A DNA stretch of 64,000 nucleotides from Longimicrobiales bacterium (GTDB lineage: Bacteria > Gemmatimonadota > Gemmatimonadetes > Longimicrobiales > Gaopeijiaceae). The stretch spans positions 320,001 through 384,000 of the forward strand of contig CBDBCF010000001.1 of the NCBI GenBank assembly GCA_965202985.1. Direction: 5' to 3'. Each line of letters begins with the position of its first letter. Position 1 is the stretch's first letter. The notes beneath the pieces are model-generated. The model had not been told where the DNA came from. It made no database searches and worked only from the letters and a program-made list of their open reading frames with translations. Positions 18,760 to 28,274 of this stretch are shown here, one piece after another. The translations under genes and the position numbers were made by a program.

Positions 18760-19776
18760 GTGATCAAGGCGTCTGACGTAGTTGAGGATATCCGAAAGCG
18801 TCGAGGCAGCTCGAAAGAGCCAGTGCGGTTCTACTGGGTAACGGTGACTTCGCAGACCGAGCCCGCTGATCGAAGTGCGTTCGTGGACGCCGTACGGCAC
18901 CTGACATCGGATGAGGCGGCATGCTCGATCGCTTTGCGTACAGAACGGTTCACTCATCCAGACATGGTCATGGACGATCTCGCAAAGACGCTTGAAGAGA
19001 TCAAGAGCCAGGTGCTCGCGTCGGAATTGAAGGTGCGAGTTGAGAAGGCCGGATCACTGGACGTGGTCGTCGTGTCGCGAAAGAGCTTCGAGTTGGCCGT
19101 CAACACGTCGCCACTCCAACTGCCGGAGTGGTTTCCGGTGTCGCCTGAACAGGTCGTCAATGCTTCGGTGACCGACTTGACGCTGCGTGTGGCGGTGCCC
19201 CTGTCCCACGTCGACACGGGCGAGCTCTGTCGCTTGCTTTACGAGCTGGACCGTGGGTTGCTGAGGCGAATCAAGGCTGGATTGGACGCGGACCCGAAGT
19301 TGGTCAATCAATTTCTCACCGAGTGTCGGGACAGGACCAGGGGAGTGGCGTCTTATCAAGAGGTGCTGGTCGACGTCGAGAGGAAGCTGGACGACGTCCG
19401 GAATCCAAGGGACTATCGCCCGAGTAGGGCCGGAAGCTGTACTCTGGTGGGCCACATTTGGCACTTGGCCAATACGAAGTCAGCCAACGATCTGGTCAAG
19501 ATTGCGAAGAGCCTGGCCTGTGCGGCTGGGATGGGAGCTGCGAGCGTGGATGATTTCCCCGAGGCCCTGTTGACCGTGCTTGGTCGTCCCAGGATTCGGC
19601 ACGCGGACTCTCGATGGGCATACAACGTGATCATGAGCACCCAAGGCGCGTGTCAATTGATTACGGCAGCCGCGCACGCCGACCGCTACGGGCGGTACCC
19701 GGCCTGGTTGCTGCGGTCGTTGTCGCTGGACCTGCGGAGGTCCCTCGACGACGCCGTACGATTGCTGGCGAGTTGA
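18760..19776 (+). CDS. Hypothetical protein co-oriented with the NTPase
   Basis: 338-aa ORF 30 bp after the NTPase stop, GGAGG RBS, same atypical composition. Confidence 0.7.
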   Translation: MIKASDVVEDIRKRRGSSKEPVRFYWVTVTSQTEPADRSAFVDAVRHLTSDEAACSIALRTERFTHPDMVMDDLAKTLEEIKSQVLASELKVRVEKAGSLDVVVVSRKSFELAVNTSPLQLPEWFPVSPEQVVNASVTDLTLRVAVPLSHVDTGELCRLLYELDRGLLRRIKAGLDADPKLVNQFLTECRDRTRGVASYQEVLVDVERKLDDVRNPRDYRPSRAGSCTLVGHIWHLANTKSANDLVKIAKSLACAAGMGAASVDDFPEALLTVLGRPRIRHADSRWAYNVIMSTQGACQLITAAAHADRYGRYPAWLLRSLSLDLRRSLDDAVRLLAS

Positions 19777-19792
19777 CCTCTTTCGAGCCGCC

Positions 19793-20983
19793 CTACCCGC
19801 CCCGCCCCAGGAAGGCGTGCCACTGGGCCAGCGCCTCCCTCTCCCGGGCGGCGTCGATGCCGGCGCGCAACGCGGCTTGGCGCTCGGCGGGACGCGAGAA
19901 GTGGTACTCCAGCGTGGCGGAGGTCGTGTCGGCCAAGGAGCGGAACGTCAGGCCCTTTTCCACTTCGGGCGCGAGGTCGAAGCGGGCGAACCCTTCCCAG
20001 CCGTCTCGGGCCGGGCGCCACACGGGCAGCTCTCGGTAGGGACGCAGGCCGGCGTCGATCAGGAAGTCCGCGTCCACCCAGGTGAAGGTGGTCTCGGCGG
20101 TGGTGACGGCGCGGATGCCGTAGAGCAGTTCGGCCATGGGCCTGGGCGTGCGCGGACCCACGACGTTGTACGTGCCCGACTCGCCGTCTTCGGCCATGCG
20201 CACAAGCCACTCGCCGAAGTCGCGCGCGTCGATGATCTGCACGGGGTCGGAGCCGTCGCCGGGTGCCAGGACCTCGCCGCCTCGGTGGATGCGGACGGGC
20301 CAGTAGGTGAAGCGGTCGGTCGTGTCGCCCGGTCCGATGATGAGACCGGGACGGAAGACCAGGGTTCGATCCGGGCCGAACGCGTCTCGCGCCCGCTGCT
20401 CCGCCAGCGCCTTGGACAGCCCGTAGGGAAGCCGCTCCGCGCCGGGTTCGACGCCCGCCGACTCGTAGGTCCACACCGGTTCGGCGACGGACATCGGCAC
20501 TTGGCTGGGATCGGCGTACACCGAGCGCGTGGACACGAAGACGTAGCGCTCGCAGGCGTCCTTGAGCAGTCCGGCGCTGCGCTCCACCCACTCCGGGTTG
20601 ATCGCCGAGTTGTCCACTACCACATCCCACGACCGGCCCTCCAGCGCGCTCAGGTCGCCGGTGCGGTCGCCCACCAGCTTCTCGACGCCCGGGAAGAGGT
20701 GCGGGTTGGTGCGGCCTCGGTTGAAGAGCGTGACCTCGTGGCCGCGGGCCAGGGCGTACTCGACTTGGTGCGGGCCGATGAAGTTCGTGCCGCCCAGCAC
20801 CAGAATGCGGAGCGCGCGAGCGGGCGAGGGCTTCGCGGCTGCTTGCCCAGCGGTGTTGCCGGGAGCGCCGGAATCGACGCGGGCGCGTCCCGCCAGCCCC
20901 GAGGGGCGACCCGTGCTCGCCAGCAGGGCACCGCCCGCGGCCGCCGTCGTCTTCAGAAACCGTCTCCGGTTGGTCCAGGTCAC
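19793..20983 (-). CDS. TAT-exported NAD-dependent epimerase/SDR
   Basis: NRRRFLK twin-Arg signal, LVLGGTNFIG, YGLSK (YxxxK). Confidence 0.88.
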   Translation of the reverse strand: MTWTNRRRFLKTTAAAGGALLASTGRPSGLAGRARVDSGAPGNTAGQAAAKPSPARALRILVLGGTNFIGPHQVEYALARGHEVTLFNRGRTNPHLFPGVEKLVGDRTGDLSALEGRSWDVVVDNSAINPEWVERSAGLLKDACERYVFVSTRSVYADPSQVPMSVAEPVWTYESAGVEPGAERLPYGLSKALAEQRARDAFGPDRTLVFRPGLIIGPGDTTDRFTYWPVRIHRGGEVLAPGDGSDPVQIIDARDFGEWLVRMAEDGESGTYNVVGPRTPRPMAELLYGIRAVTTAETTFTWVDADFLIDAGLRPYRELPVWRPARDGWEGFARFDLAPEVEKGLTFRSLADTTSATLEYHFSRPAERQAALRAGIDAAREREALAQWHAFLGRGG

Positions 20984-21013
20984 AGGTTCTCCTCCGTGCT
21001 TTGGATTCTCAAC

Positions 21014-21835
21014 TCAAAGGTCGCGCTTGCGCATTGCCAAGTACCCGATCGCCAGGAACGCCGCAACATACGAGAGCGCAAGAGCGGTCACGACGCCAGC
21101 ATCGGGAAACTCGAGAGGCGGAGCCCCCGCCTGGGCCCTCTGGGCGTTCGTTTCCGCGAGACGCTCGGGGTAGTGAAACCGCGAGTCGATCAAGATTTGG
21201 AATGTTCGGAAGGGCAGGTAGTCCAACAAGCCCTTCAGGCTGTCGAAGCGGCTCAAGATGAGGCCCGCGAACTGCTCCATCAGCATGCACCCGAACAGGA
21301 GGCCCATTGCGGGCCCCGACGCCCGGACGGTGGCCGCGAGCATCACGCTGCCGCTGCCAACTAGGAGGAGGGCGAACGCAAAGCCGCGGAGCAAGGAAAG
21401 GTCGGTGCTTCGAAGCAGGTCCGGGCCGTTGTCTCCCGGGCTGAGCAGCGCCGCTCCGCCGCCGATCGCCACCGAGAACGTGAAGAACGCGGCCGCGAGC
21501 AAGCCCAGGACCATGAGCTTGCCTGCGTAGAACCGGTCCTTGCTCATGCCGTCGATGATGTTCTGCCTCGCCGTCCGCCACTGGAACTCGGGAGCGAAGA
21601 GCAGGATCAGGAGCACGCCCAGAAAGAACGGCCCGATGTTCGACGGGTACCCCAGAATGCTGGCCCAGTCGTCCGGCAGGAAGAACGGCCACTCGGGCTC
21701 GGCGAACTCCCTTCGCACCTGGTCGAACGAATCGCCGACCAGCGGGATCAGGAAGATCGCCAGCACGACCCACAACGCCCGACGCTTTCGGGCCTTGAGG
21801 ACCTCGTTCCGGAAGATCGCCGCCATGCCGGTCAC
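21014..21835 (-). CDS. ABC-2 type transporter permease
   Basis: GTGA overlap with the ATPase stop; multiple TM helices; EFQWRTAR...G.SK motif. Confidence 0.8.
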   Translation of the reverse strand: MTGMAAIFRNEVLKARKRRALWVVLAIFLIPLVGDSFDQVRREFAEPEWPFFLPDDWASILGYPSNIGPFFLGVLLILLFAPEFQWRTARQNIIDGMSKDRFYAGKLMVLGLLAAAFFTFSVAIGGGAALLSPGDNGPDLLRSTDLSLLRGFAFALLLVGSGSVMLAATVRASGPAMGLLFGCMLMEQFAGLILSRFDSLKGLLDYLPFRTFQILIDSRFHYPERLAETNAQRAQAGAPPLEFPDAGVVTALALSYVAAFLAIGYLAMRKRDL

Positions 21836-22818
21836 GAGCGGCCCTCCGACGACGCACCGGCTTCTGCTTGGCCCGCCCCGGCCTCCGACGCGATCCCCGT
21901 CATCGACGAGAAGTCGCCCTCGGTCAGGTCGATGAACGCGTCCTCCAAACTCCGCTTGCGGCGCGCCAAGTGGGAGACGAAGACGCCGCGACCGGCCAGG
22001 TGCCGGTTCAGGTCCGCCAAGTCGCCGGACTCGAGGTCCACCAGCGTGCCGCCGTCGCCGGGACGAACCGCCTCCGCGCCCCCGTACTCGGCCAGGGCCG
22101 CCCGCAGGGCCTCGTCGTCGTCCGACTTGACCAGCGCCGTGACCTTGTCGCCCGCGATCTCGGAGACGGCCCCGCTGCGCACGATCCTTCCCTTGCGCAC
22201 GATGGCGACATGGGTGCAGGTGCGCTCCACCTCCCACAGAAGGTGGCTGGACAGGAAGATCGTCCTTCCGCGCTCCGCCAGGAGGCCGATGATCTCGCGG
22301 ATTTCGCGCATTCCCTGGGGGTCCAGCCCGTTGGCGGGCTCGTCCAGAACGATCAGCTCGGGGTCGTTCAGCATGGTGGCGGCCAGGGCCAGGCGCTGCT
22401 TCATCCCCAGCGAGTAGGCGCGGAAGCGGTCTTTCGCGCGGTCCGCCAAGCCGACCAGCTCCAGGCACTCGTCGATGCGCCGTCCGTCCACGCCCTTCAC
22501 GCGAGCCGCGATCCGCAGGTTGTCGCGCCCGCTCAGGTACGGGTAGAAGTTCGGCATCTCCAAGGTGGCGCCGACGCGCGAGCGGGCGGCCAGCAGGTCC
22601 CTGGGGCTCGACGCGCCGAAGAGGCGAAAGCTCCCGGCTGTGGGCGTGACGATCCCGACCAGCATCCCGATCGTGGTGGTCTTGCCGCTCCCGTTGGGAC
22701 CCAGGAACCCGAAGACTTGTCCCGCCTCCACCGCAAGGTCCACGTGGTCCACGGCCAGCACCTCCCGGCGGCGGCTCTTGTAGAGCTTCGTGAGTGCGTC
22801 GGTCTCGATTACGGTCAT
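21832..22818 (-). CDS. ABC transporter ATP-binding protein
   Basis: GPNGSGKTT, YSLGMKQR, LDEPANGLD, SSH. Confidence 0.92.
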   Translation of the reverse strand: MTVIETDALTKLYKSRRREVLAVDHVDLAVEAGQVFGFLGPNGSGKTTTIGMLVGIVTPTAGSFRLFGASSPRDLLAARSRVGATLEMPNFYPYLSGRDNLRIAARVKGVDGRRIDECLELVGLADRAKDRFRAYSLGMKQRLALAATMLNDPELIVLDEPANGLDPQGMREIREIIGLLAERGRTIFLSSHLLWEVERTCTHVAIVRKGRIVRSGAVSEIAGDKVTALVKSDDDEALRAALAEYGGAEAVRPGDGGTLVDLESGDLADLNRHLAGRGVFVSHLARRKRSLEDAFIDLTEGDFSSMTGIASEAGAGQAEAGASSEGRS

Positions 22819-23062
22819 GTGCGTTGGGTTCGGAGTCGGTACATCATGTTCGAGCCCCCAGTGCAGGGGCAACCCTTGCGGGACGTCCGACAGGCAACGC
22901 GGGGCGCGGGCGCGGGCGTCCAACTTCTGTTCCGGGCGCAGGCTCGGGTTGCGTCGCGCTTCGGCCGTTCTTTACTTGGGAGGGTGGCGTCGCGCGCAAC
23001 CAGCGTCCGCCCGGGCTGTCGCCAATCCGCGAACCACACCGCCTGATGAGAGAACCGACACC

Positions 23063-24889
23063 ATGAATCGGAAGCTGGAGTTCGGCCGCTTCTGGAGGGA
23101 ACTCCGTCGGCGCCACGTGGTGCGAGCGGGGGGCATGTACGCCGTCTCGGCCTTCGTCGTCTTGCAGCTGGGCGAGATCGTCTTGCCCGCATTCAACACG
23201 CCGGACTGGGCACTGCAATCGTTGGTGGTGGCGGCCTTCTTGGGCCTTCCGGTGGTGCTTTCCTTGGCGTGGGCGTACGACCTGACGTCCGAGGGTCTCC
23301 GCCGGACGCGCCACGACGGCCGGACCGGGAAGTCTTCGGCGGCGCCGCGCTGGGCGCTCCTGGGAGTGACGACCGTCTCCGTGGCCTTCGCCGGCTTCTG
23401 GTTCAGCCGAAGCTTCCTGGGGAACGGGAGCGGCGGCGGAGCGGACGGGACCTCGGCTGCAAGCGCGTCGGCGGACGGCGCCCAGCCCGGTGGGGGAGCG
23501 GTCTTCGCCAGCTACGACCCCAGCGTCCCGATCACGGCCGTGGCGGTCCTGCCGCTGGCCAACTTCGCGCAGGGAGACGACCTGTTCGCCCGTCAGCTGC
23601 ACGACGAGATCATCACGCAGCTGTCCAAGGCGACCCGCTTCCGCGTGGCGTCGCGCGCTTCCGTGGTGCGCTACTCGGAGACGGAGCTTCCGCTGCCCCG
23701 CGTCGCCGAGGAGCTGCGGGTGCAGGCCGTCGTGACGGGTTCGGTCGCCATGGCGGGCGACAGCGACAGCGTGCGCGTCAGCATCCAGCTCGTTCACGCG
23801 CCTTCGGACACCCATCTGCTCACGCGGACGTTTCAGCGGGAAATGAAGGATGTCTTGCGCCTCCAAACCGAAGTGGCGAACGAAATCGCTCGGGCCGTGC
23901 GGGGCGAAGTCGAGAACGAGGAAGGGGAGGCGGAGAGCGAAATGGCGCACCTGGCGCCCGTGGACCCGGAGGCACACCGGGCCTTCCTGCGGGGCTGGGA
24001 GAACTTGGAGCGGCCGGTGCCCAACGTGGAAGCGGCGATGGACCACTTCGGCGCCGCCGTGACGGCCGACCCCGATTTCGTGGGAGCGTGGGTGAGCTTG
24101 GCGGAGGCGAGCCTCCTGATGCTGGCGGACACGCCCCCCGACGCGCCGCCCGACGACCTGGTCCAGCGCGTGGAGGAATCGGTTCGCCGGGCGGAGGCTC
24201 TGGGCGGCGCCGAGGACGACGTGGTCGCGCTTCGGCTCATGTTTTCGGAAGCGATGGGAGATGCGCCCCGCTCCGAGTCCGATTCCTTGTCGCGCATGTG
24301 GGTGCGCGAGTTCACGGACATCGGCCGGCGGATGGCGCGCTCCATGGCGGGACGGGTCGCCGCCGCGCAGTACTTCTTCGAGACGGGCCGCTACGACAGC
24401 GCCGCCGTCGTCTTGCACGACCTGCTGGAGGCCGATTCCGCCGACTCGGAAGCGTGGCGGGCGCTCGAAGACATGTACGTGTTGCTGGAAGACTATTCCC
24501 GAGCGCTGGAGGTGCGGGCCGAACGGACCCTGGCCGAGACCGGGCAGGAGGTGCAGAGCATCGAGATCGAGCGCGACGCGGACGACCCGGCGACGAGCTA
24601 CTGGAGGCTGCGCCGCCAGGACAACAGGGCCCGTCAGGCCTGGGGGATCCCCGTGCCGCACGTGGCGTTGGCGGCAACGGCCCTGGGGCTGGGAGAACGG
24701 GACGAAGCGATTCGGCAGCTGGAGTTGGCGGTGGCCCAACGGGCGCCCGGCCTGGGCACGTTGAGGAACAGCCCCATCTGGGACTCCCTGCGAGACGACC
24801 CCGAGTTTCGGGAGATCGCCAGGCGGGCGAGAGACCTGTGGCGGCCCGGCGGCCGCAGGGCGACTTCGGGCAGGCCCGGGACGCGCTAG
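23063..24889 (+). CDS. Membrane protein with TolB-like domain and TPR repeats
   Basis: ELRRRHVVR plus 3 TM helices, AVAVLPLAN TolB-like motif, TPR helices, C-terminal PIWDSLRDDPEF. Confidence 0.8.
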   Translation: MNRKLEFGRFWRELRRRHVVRAGGMYAVSAFVVLQLGEIVLPAFNTPDWALQSLVVAAFLGLPVVLSLAWAYDLTSEGLRRTRHDGRTGKSSAAPRWALLGVTTVSVAFAGFWFSRSFLGNGSGGGADGTSAASASADGAQPGGGAVFASYDPSVPITAVAVLPLANFAQGDDLFARQLHDEIITQLSKATRFRVASRASVVRYSETELPLPRVAEELRVQAVVTGSVAMAGDSDSVRVSIQLVHAPSDTHLLTRTFQREMKDVLRLQTEVANEIARAVRGEVENEEGEAESEMAHLAPVDPEAHRAFLRGWENLERPVPNVEAAMDHFGAAVTADPDFVGAWVSLAEASLLMLADTPPDAPPDDLVQRVEESVRRAEALGGAEDDVVALRLMFSEAMGDAPRSESDSLSRMWVREFTDIGRRMARSMAGRVAAAQYFFETGRYDSAAVVLHDLLEADSADSEAWRALEDMYVLLEDYSRALEVRAERTLAETGQEVQSIEIERDADDPATSYWRLRRQDNRARQAWGIPVPHVALAATALGLGERDEAIRQLELAVAQRAPGLGTLRNSPIWDSLRDDPEFREIARRARDLWRPGGRRATSGRPGTR

Positions 24890-24893
24890 GCTT

Positions 24894-25418
24894 CTATGGG
24901 GTGGCGGGCATCCGCAGAACCAAAGCCCCGCCTTCGTCCATCGTCACCAGGGCCACTTCCCCCGCGGCCAGCTCCACTTCGCCTTCCCAAGCGACGGGGG
25001 CGGAAACTGGGTCCGGCGAGTCCGCGGCTTCGGGCGGCACGGGCTCGAAGCGAACCGACAGGGCCGCTCGACCGGCTTCGACTGGAAGGTTGCGGAAGAC
25101 ATAGACGGGCTGGTCGCCCCGCGCTCCCTTGGGAAACACGGTGTCGCGGACGACCGCACGACCGCCGACGGACACGTCCAGCGCGAAGGGGACCGGCGTT
25201 CGGGTGCACTCGCGGGGGTTGCGCATGTGGACCGGAAGGGCTTCCAGCTCTTGGGCCGAGCGGATTCTGCACGCTTCGACAGACGCGCCGGCCGCGCGCC
25301 ACGAAAGGCGAATCAGCGCATCGGCGCGGCCGAACTCGGACGGCACTCGGGACAGGAATGCGACTGCGGTCGCCATCGCCACGGCGAGAACGGCGGCTGC
25401 GGCCCGGCGCACCGTCAC
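24894..25418 (-). CDS. Small membrane-anchored protein coupled to the cytochrome b fusion
   Basis: GTGA overlap with the upstream stop; N-terminal TM; IRLSWR, C...LPVHMR...C. Confidence 0.7.
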   Translation of the reverse strand: MTVRRAAAAVLAVAMATAVAFLSRVPSEFGRADALIRLSWRAAGASVEACRIRSAQELEALPVHMRNPRECTRTPVPFALDVSVGGRAVVRDTVFPKGARGDQPVYVFRNLPVEAGRAALSVRFEPVPPEAADSPDPVSAPVAWEGEVELAAGEVALVTMDEGGALVLRMPATP

Positions 25419-27037
25419 GTCGCGGCCTCCTCGATCTCGCACTCCGCGCCGACGTCGAAGTCCTGCTCGGCGCGCGCCGCCTCCATCGACACGACGCGAG
25501 ATCGGAAGCGGCGCACGGCGTCCCGCAGCACCCTTCCTTCGCCCGAGCCGGCGTAGACGACCGTGATCCGACTGCGGTCGACGCGGTCCTGAAGCTCGGC
25601 GTCGCGACCGCTCCAAACCCGCTCGTCGAACCACTTCACCCCTTCGCGGCTTCGACAGTCCCTGGGCGGGCACGCCGCTATCACCACGCCCCCCGCCCCG
25701 GCCCGGACCAAGTACTCGATCGCCGACGTGTGAAGGTTTCCCACGCACCCGATGGGGAACGTCCGCAACGAGCCTGTCCCGTTGCTTCCCGCGGCGTCGG
25801 CCTCCTCCGCGGCAATGCGCCCGGCCGCGCCATGCATGCACCCGACCACCACCAAGTCGTGGGGACCGGGTCGCACCTGGGCCACGAAGTCGTTCACCCT
25901 GGCCAGCTGGTCGCGCCCCGTCCGTCCCGGCGGCCCGACCCCCATGGGGGCGCACGACCCCGCGCAAACGCCGCAGCTCACGCACTTGGCGGGGTCCACT
26001 AGGCCGACGAGGCCATCCCGTCCGTCGTCCCGTTCGACCATGGAGATGGCCTCGTAGGGACAGTCCACGTAGCACTGCTCGCAACCGGTGCAGTAGCGGG
26101 GGTTCACCCAAGACGGCTGCGGGGCCTTTCCCGCGCGCGGCTTGGTCAGCAGCGGAACCAGCAGGATCGCCAGAACCACGACGCCCCCCGCAACCCACAC
26201 CCAGCCGGCCGCCATCGACCGAGCCGCCGGAAGCCAGAAGCCGTACGCCCAGTCGGTCGGCACGCGCCCGGGCTGCCGCAGCAGGTCGGCTTCCGGGCCC
26301 AGCGGGGGAGGCCACGCCAAGGCCACGGTGGCAACGAGGGCCACGGCGCCCCACATTAGCGGCTTGGGCGGCAGCAGCTGCGCCCTGGCCAGACGCGACA
26401 CGTGAACCCAGAGAAAGAGCGCGATCCCGACGGGCAATGCGATGTGGGCAAACAGGTTCATGAAGAAGAACGCGTCCGGCACGGGCTCTTCGCCGGTGAA
26501 CGCCCGGCCCAGGGGCTCGGAGAAGACCGGCAGCGCGTCCAGAAGCCGCGCGCCCTCGACGGCGAGAAGCTGGCCGTGGGCGTCCCACACCATGACGTAC
26601 CCGGTCCAGCCGCACACGAAGAAGATGCCCAGGAGCACGACGCCCGAGACCCACGCCAGTGCCCGCGGTCCCCACGTTCGGCGTTGCGCGAACATGCGAA
26701 AGCCGTGGAAGAGCGCCGCGACGACGGCCAGGTCCGAGACGTAGCGGTGCATTCCCCGAATCCACCGTCCGCCCCACCACTGCGCGTGGATCCCCGCGAC
26801 CGACTCGTAGGGCGCGCCGATCCGGTAGAACAGAAGCAGATAGACGCCGGTCACCATGAGCACCGCGAAGCAGGCGACCACGAGCGCCCCCGAGTGGTAG
26901 AGGGGGTTGCCTCGCCACGTGTACAGCGCGTTGAACGCGGCGTCCATCCGGGCCAACGCGCCAATGCCGGCGCCGCTGCCGGGCCGTTGCCGCTTGGCGG
27001 CTCGGCGCGTTCCTTGCGCGCCTTCGGGATTGATCAT
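25415..27037 (-). CDS. Cytochrome b + 2x[4Fe-4S] ferredoxin + MvhD/FlpD-like fusion (start 27037 or 26947)
   Basis: Heme-ligand His pairs (GMHRY..LFHG; FAHIA..WVHV), CTGCEQCYVDCP, CVSCGVCAGSC, MvhD-like GC...CVG...ACPPRDCRSREG. Confidence 0.85.
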   Translation of the reverse strand: MINPEGAQGTRRAAKRQRPGSGAGIGALARMDAAFNALYTWRGNPLYHSGALVVACFAVLMVTGVYLLLFYRIGAPYESVAGIHAQWWGGRWIRGMHRYVSDLAVVAALFHGFRMFAQRRTWGPRALAWVSGVVLLGIFFVCGWTGYVMVWDAHGQLLAVEGARLLDALPVFSEPLGRAFTGEEPVPDAFFFMNLFAHIALPVGIALFLWVHVSRLARAQLLPPKPLMWGAVALVATVALAWPPPLGPEADLLRQPGRVPTDWAYGFWLPAARSMAAGWVWVAGGVVVLAILLVPLLTKPRAGKAPQPSWVNPRYCTGCEQCYVDCPYEAISMVERDDGRDGLVGLVDPAKCVSCGVCAGSCAPMGVGPPGRTGRDQLARVNDFVAQVRPGPHDLVVVGCMHGAAGRIAAEEADAAGSNGTGSLRTFPIGCVGNLHTSAIEYLVRAGAGGVVIAACPPRDCRSREGVKWFDERVWSGRDAELQDRVDRSRITVVYAGSGEGRVLRDAVRRFRSRVVSMEAARAEQDFDVGAECEIEEAAT

Positions 27038-27075
27038 ATCTTCATGATAATCGGAACAAACCCGAGAGCAACCTC

Positions 27076-27525
27076 GTGATCGCCTCCCAGACCACCGTGT
27101 ACGCCCTTCGAGCAATGCTCTACTTGGCCGAACGAATCGACACCCACCCGGTGCGCGTGGACGACATCGCGACGGCGCTGGAAGTCCCGCGCAACTACCT
27201 GTCCAAGATCCTTCACGTGCTGGCGCGGCGCGGATTGCTCCGCTCGGCCAGGGGCCCGGGCGGCGGGTTCAGCTTGGCCAAGTCCCCGCGCCGCACGACG
27301 CTGCTGGAAATCGCCGCCCACTTCGACGACATGAGCCCCGGGCGCTGCCTCTTGGGCCGTCCCGAGTGCCGGGACGACGACCCGTGCCCCGCTCACGGCC
27401 AGTGGAGGGAAGTGGCGACGACCCTGCACGCGTTCTTCCGCGACACGACCCTGGCCGACTTGGCCCGTCGCTCGGATGCGACGGCGCGCCCCGAACCCCG
27501 ACCCCCAAGCGAGAAGGCCGACTAG
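27076..27525 (+). CDS. Rrf2 family transcriptional regulator (Fe-S type)
   Basis: YALRAMLYLA, YLSKILHVL, SARGPGGGFSLA, CLLGRPECRDDDPCPAH. Confidence 0.92.
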   Translation: MIASQTTVYALRAMLYLAERIDTHPVRVDDIATALEVPRNYLSKILHVLARRGLLRSARGPGGGFSLAKSPRRTTLLEIAAHFDDMSPGRCLLGRPECRDDDPCPAHGQWREVATTLHAFFRDTTLADLARRSDATARPEPRPPSEKAD

Positions 27526-27527
27526 AG

Positions 27528-27698
27528 ATGAACCACGACGATCCCGAAGCCCAACCGAACGACGAAGCCCCTTTCCTTCAGAGACTGTACGACCGGCCCT
27601 TCGTGCTGCTGGCGTTGGGCTTGGCCGTCATGTTGATCCTGTTCACCGGGTGGGGGCTTTGGGAGGTGGCGACGCTTCCCGAAGCCACGCTGCCGTAG
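27528..27698 (+). CDS. Small single-TM subunit of the heme-copper enzyme operon
   Basis: 56-aa ORF QRLYDRPFVLLALG...WGLWEV immediately upstream of subunit II. Confidence 0.7.
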   Translation: MNHDDPEAQPNDEAPFLQRLYDRPFVLLALGLAVMLILFTGWGLWEVATLPEATLP

Positions 27699-27728
27699 GA
27701 CGCCGAAGCGGCGCCAAGGAGCAAGCCG

Positions 27729-28274
27729 ATGCATGCAACGGGCATGACGCCACCCCAGGGGGTCTGGTGGAAGCCGGCCCACAAGGCCGAGAAGGTGTGG
27801 GCCGTCGTCGCCTTCGTGTGGTGCATGGTGCTCTTCGCCATGATGCCGTTCTGGCACCTTCGCGGCGGGCAGAATCCGTCGGGGATCCGCGCCAAGGTGG
27901 ACCCGGCGGAGTACCAGGCGCGGACGATGGAGTTCATTCGCAACTACCAGGTCGGCACCGACAACGGCTTTCCGGTCGTCGCGCCGCCGCCGGGCAGCGA
28001 CGTGTACCTGATCGGCCAGATGTGGTCGTGGCTCCCCGTCCTCCAGCTCGAGAAGGGGGTCGAGTACACCCTGCACTTGTCGGCGCTGGACGTGAACCAC
28101 GGCTTCAATCTGTATCCCTTCAACGTCAACTTCCAAGTGGTTCCGGGCTACGACTACGGCCTGCGGATCGTGCCCACCGAAGCCGGCGAATACGGCGTGG
28201 TCTGCAACGAGTTCTGCGGCGTCGGCCACCACTTGATGGTGGGCAAGGTCGTCGTCACGGAGGGCGAGCCGTGA
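27729..28274 (+). CDS. Heme-copper oxidase superfamily subunit II (CuA)
   Basis: Single TM, DVNHGF and CNEFCGVGHHLM CuA motif. Confidence 0.92.
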   Translation: MHATGMTPPQGVWWKPAHKAEKVWAVVAFVWCMVLFAMMPFWHLRGGQNPSGIRAKVDPAEYQARTMEFIRNYQVGTDNGFPVVAPPPGSDVYLIGQMWSWLPVLQLEKGVEYTLHLSALDVNHGFNLYPFNVNFQVVPGYDYGLRIVPTEAGEYGVVCNEFCGVGHHLMVGKVVVTEGEP

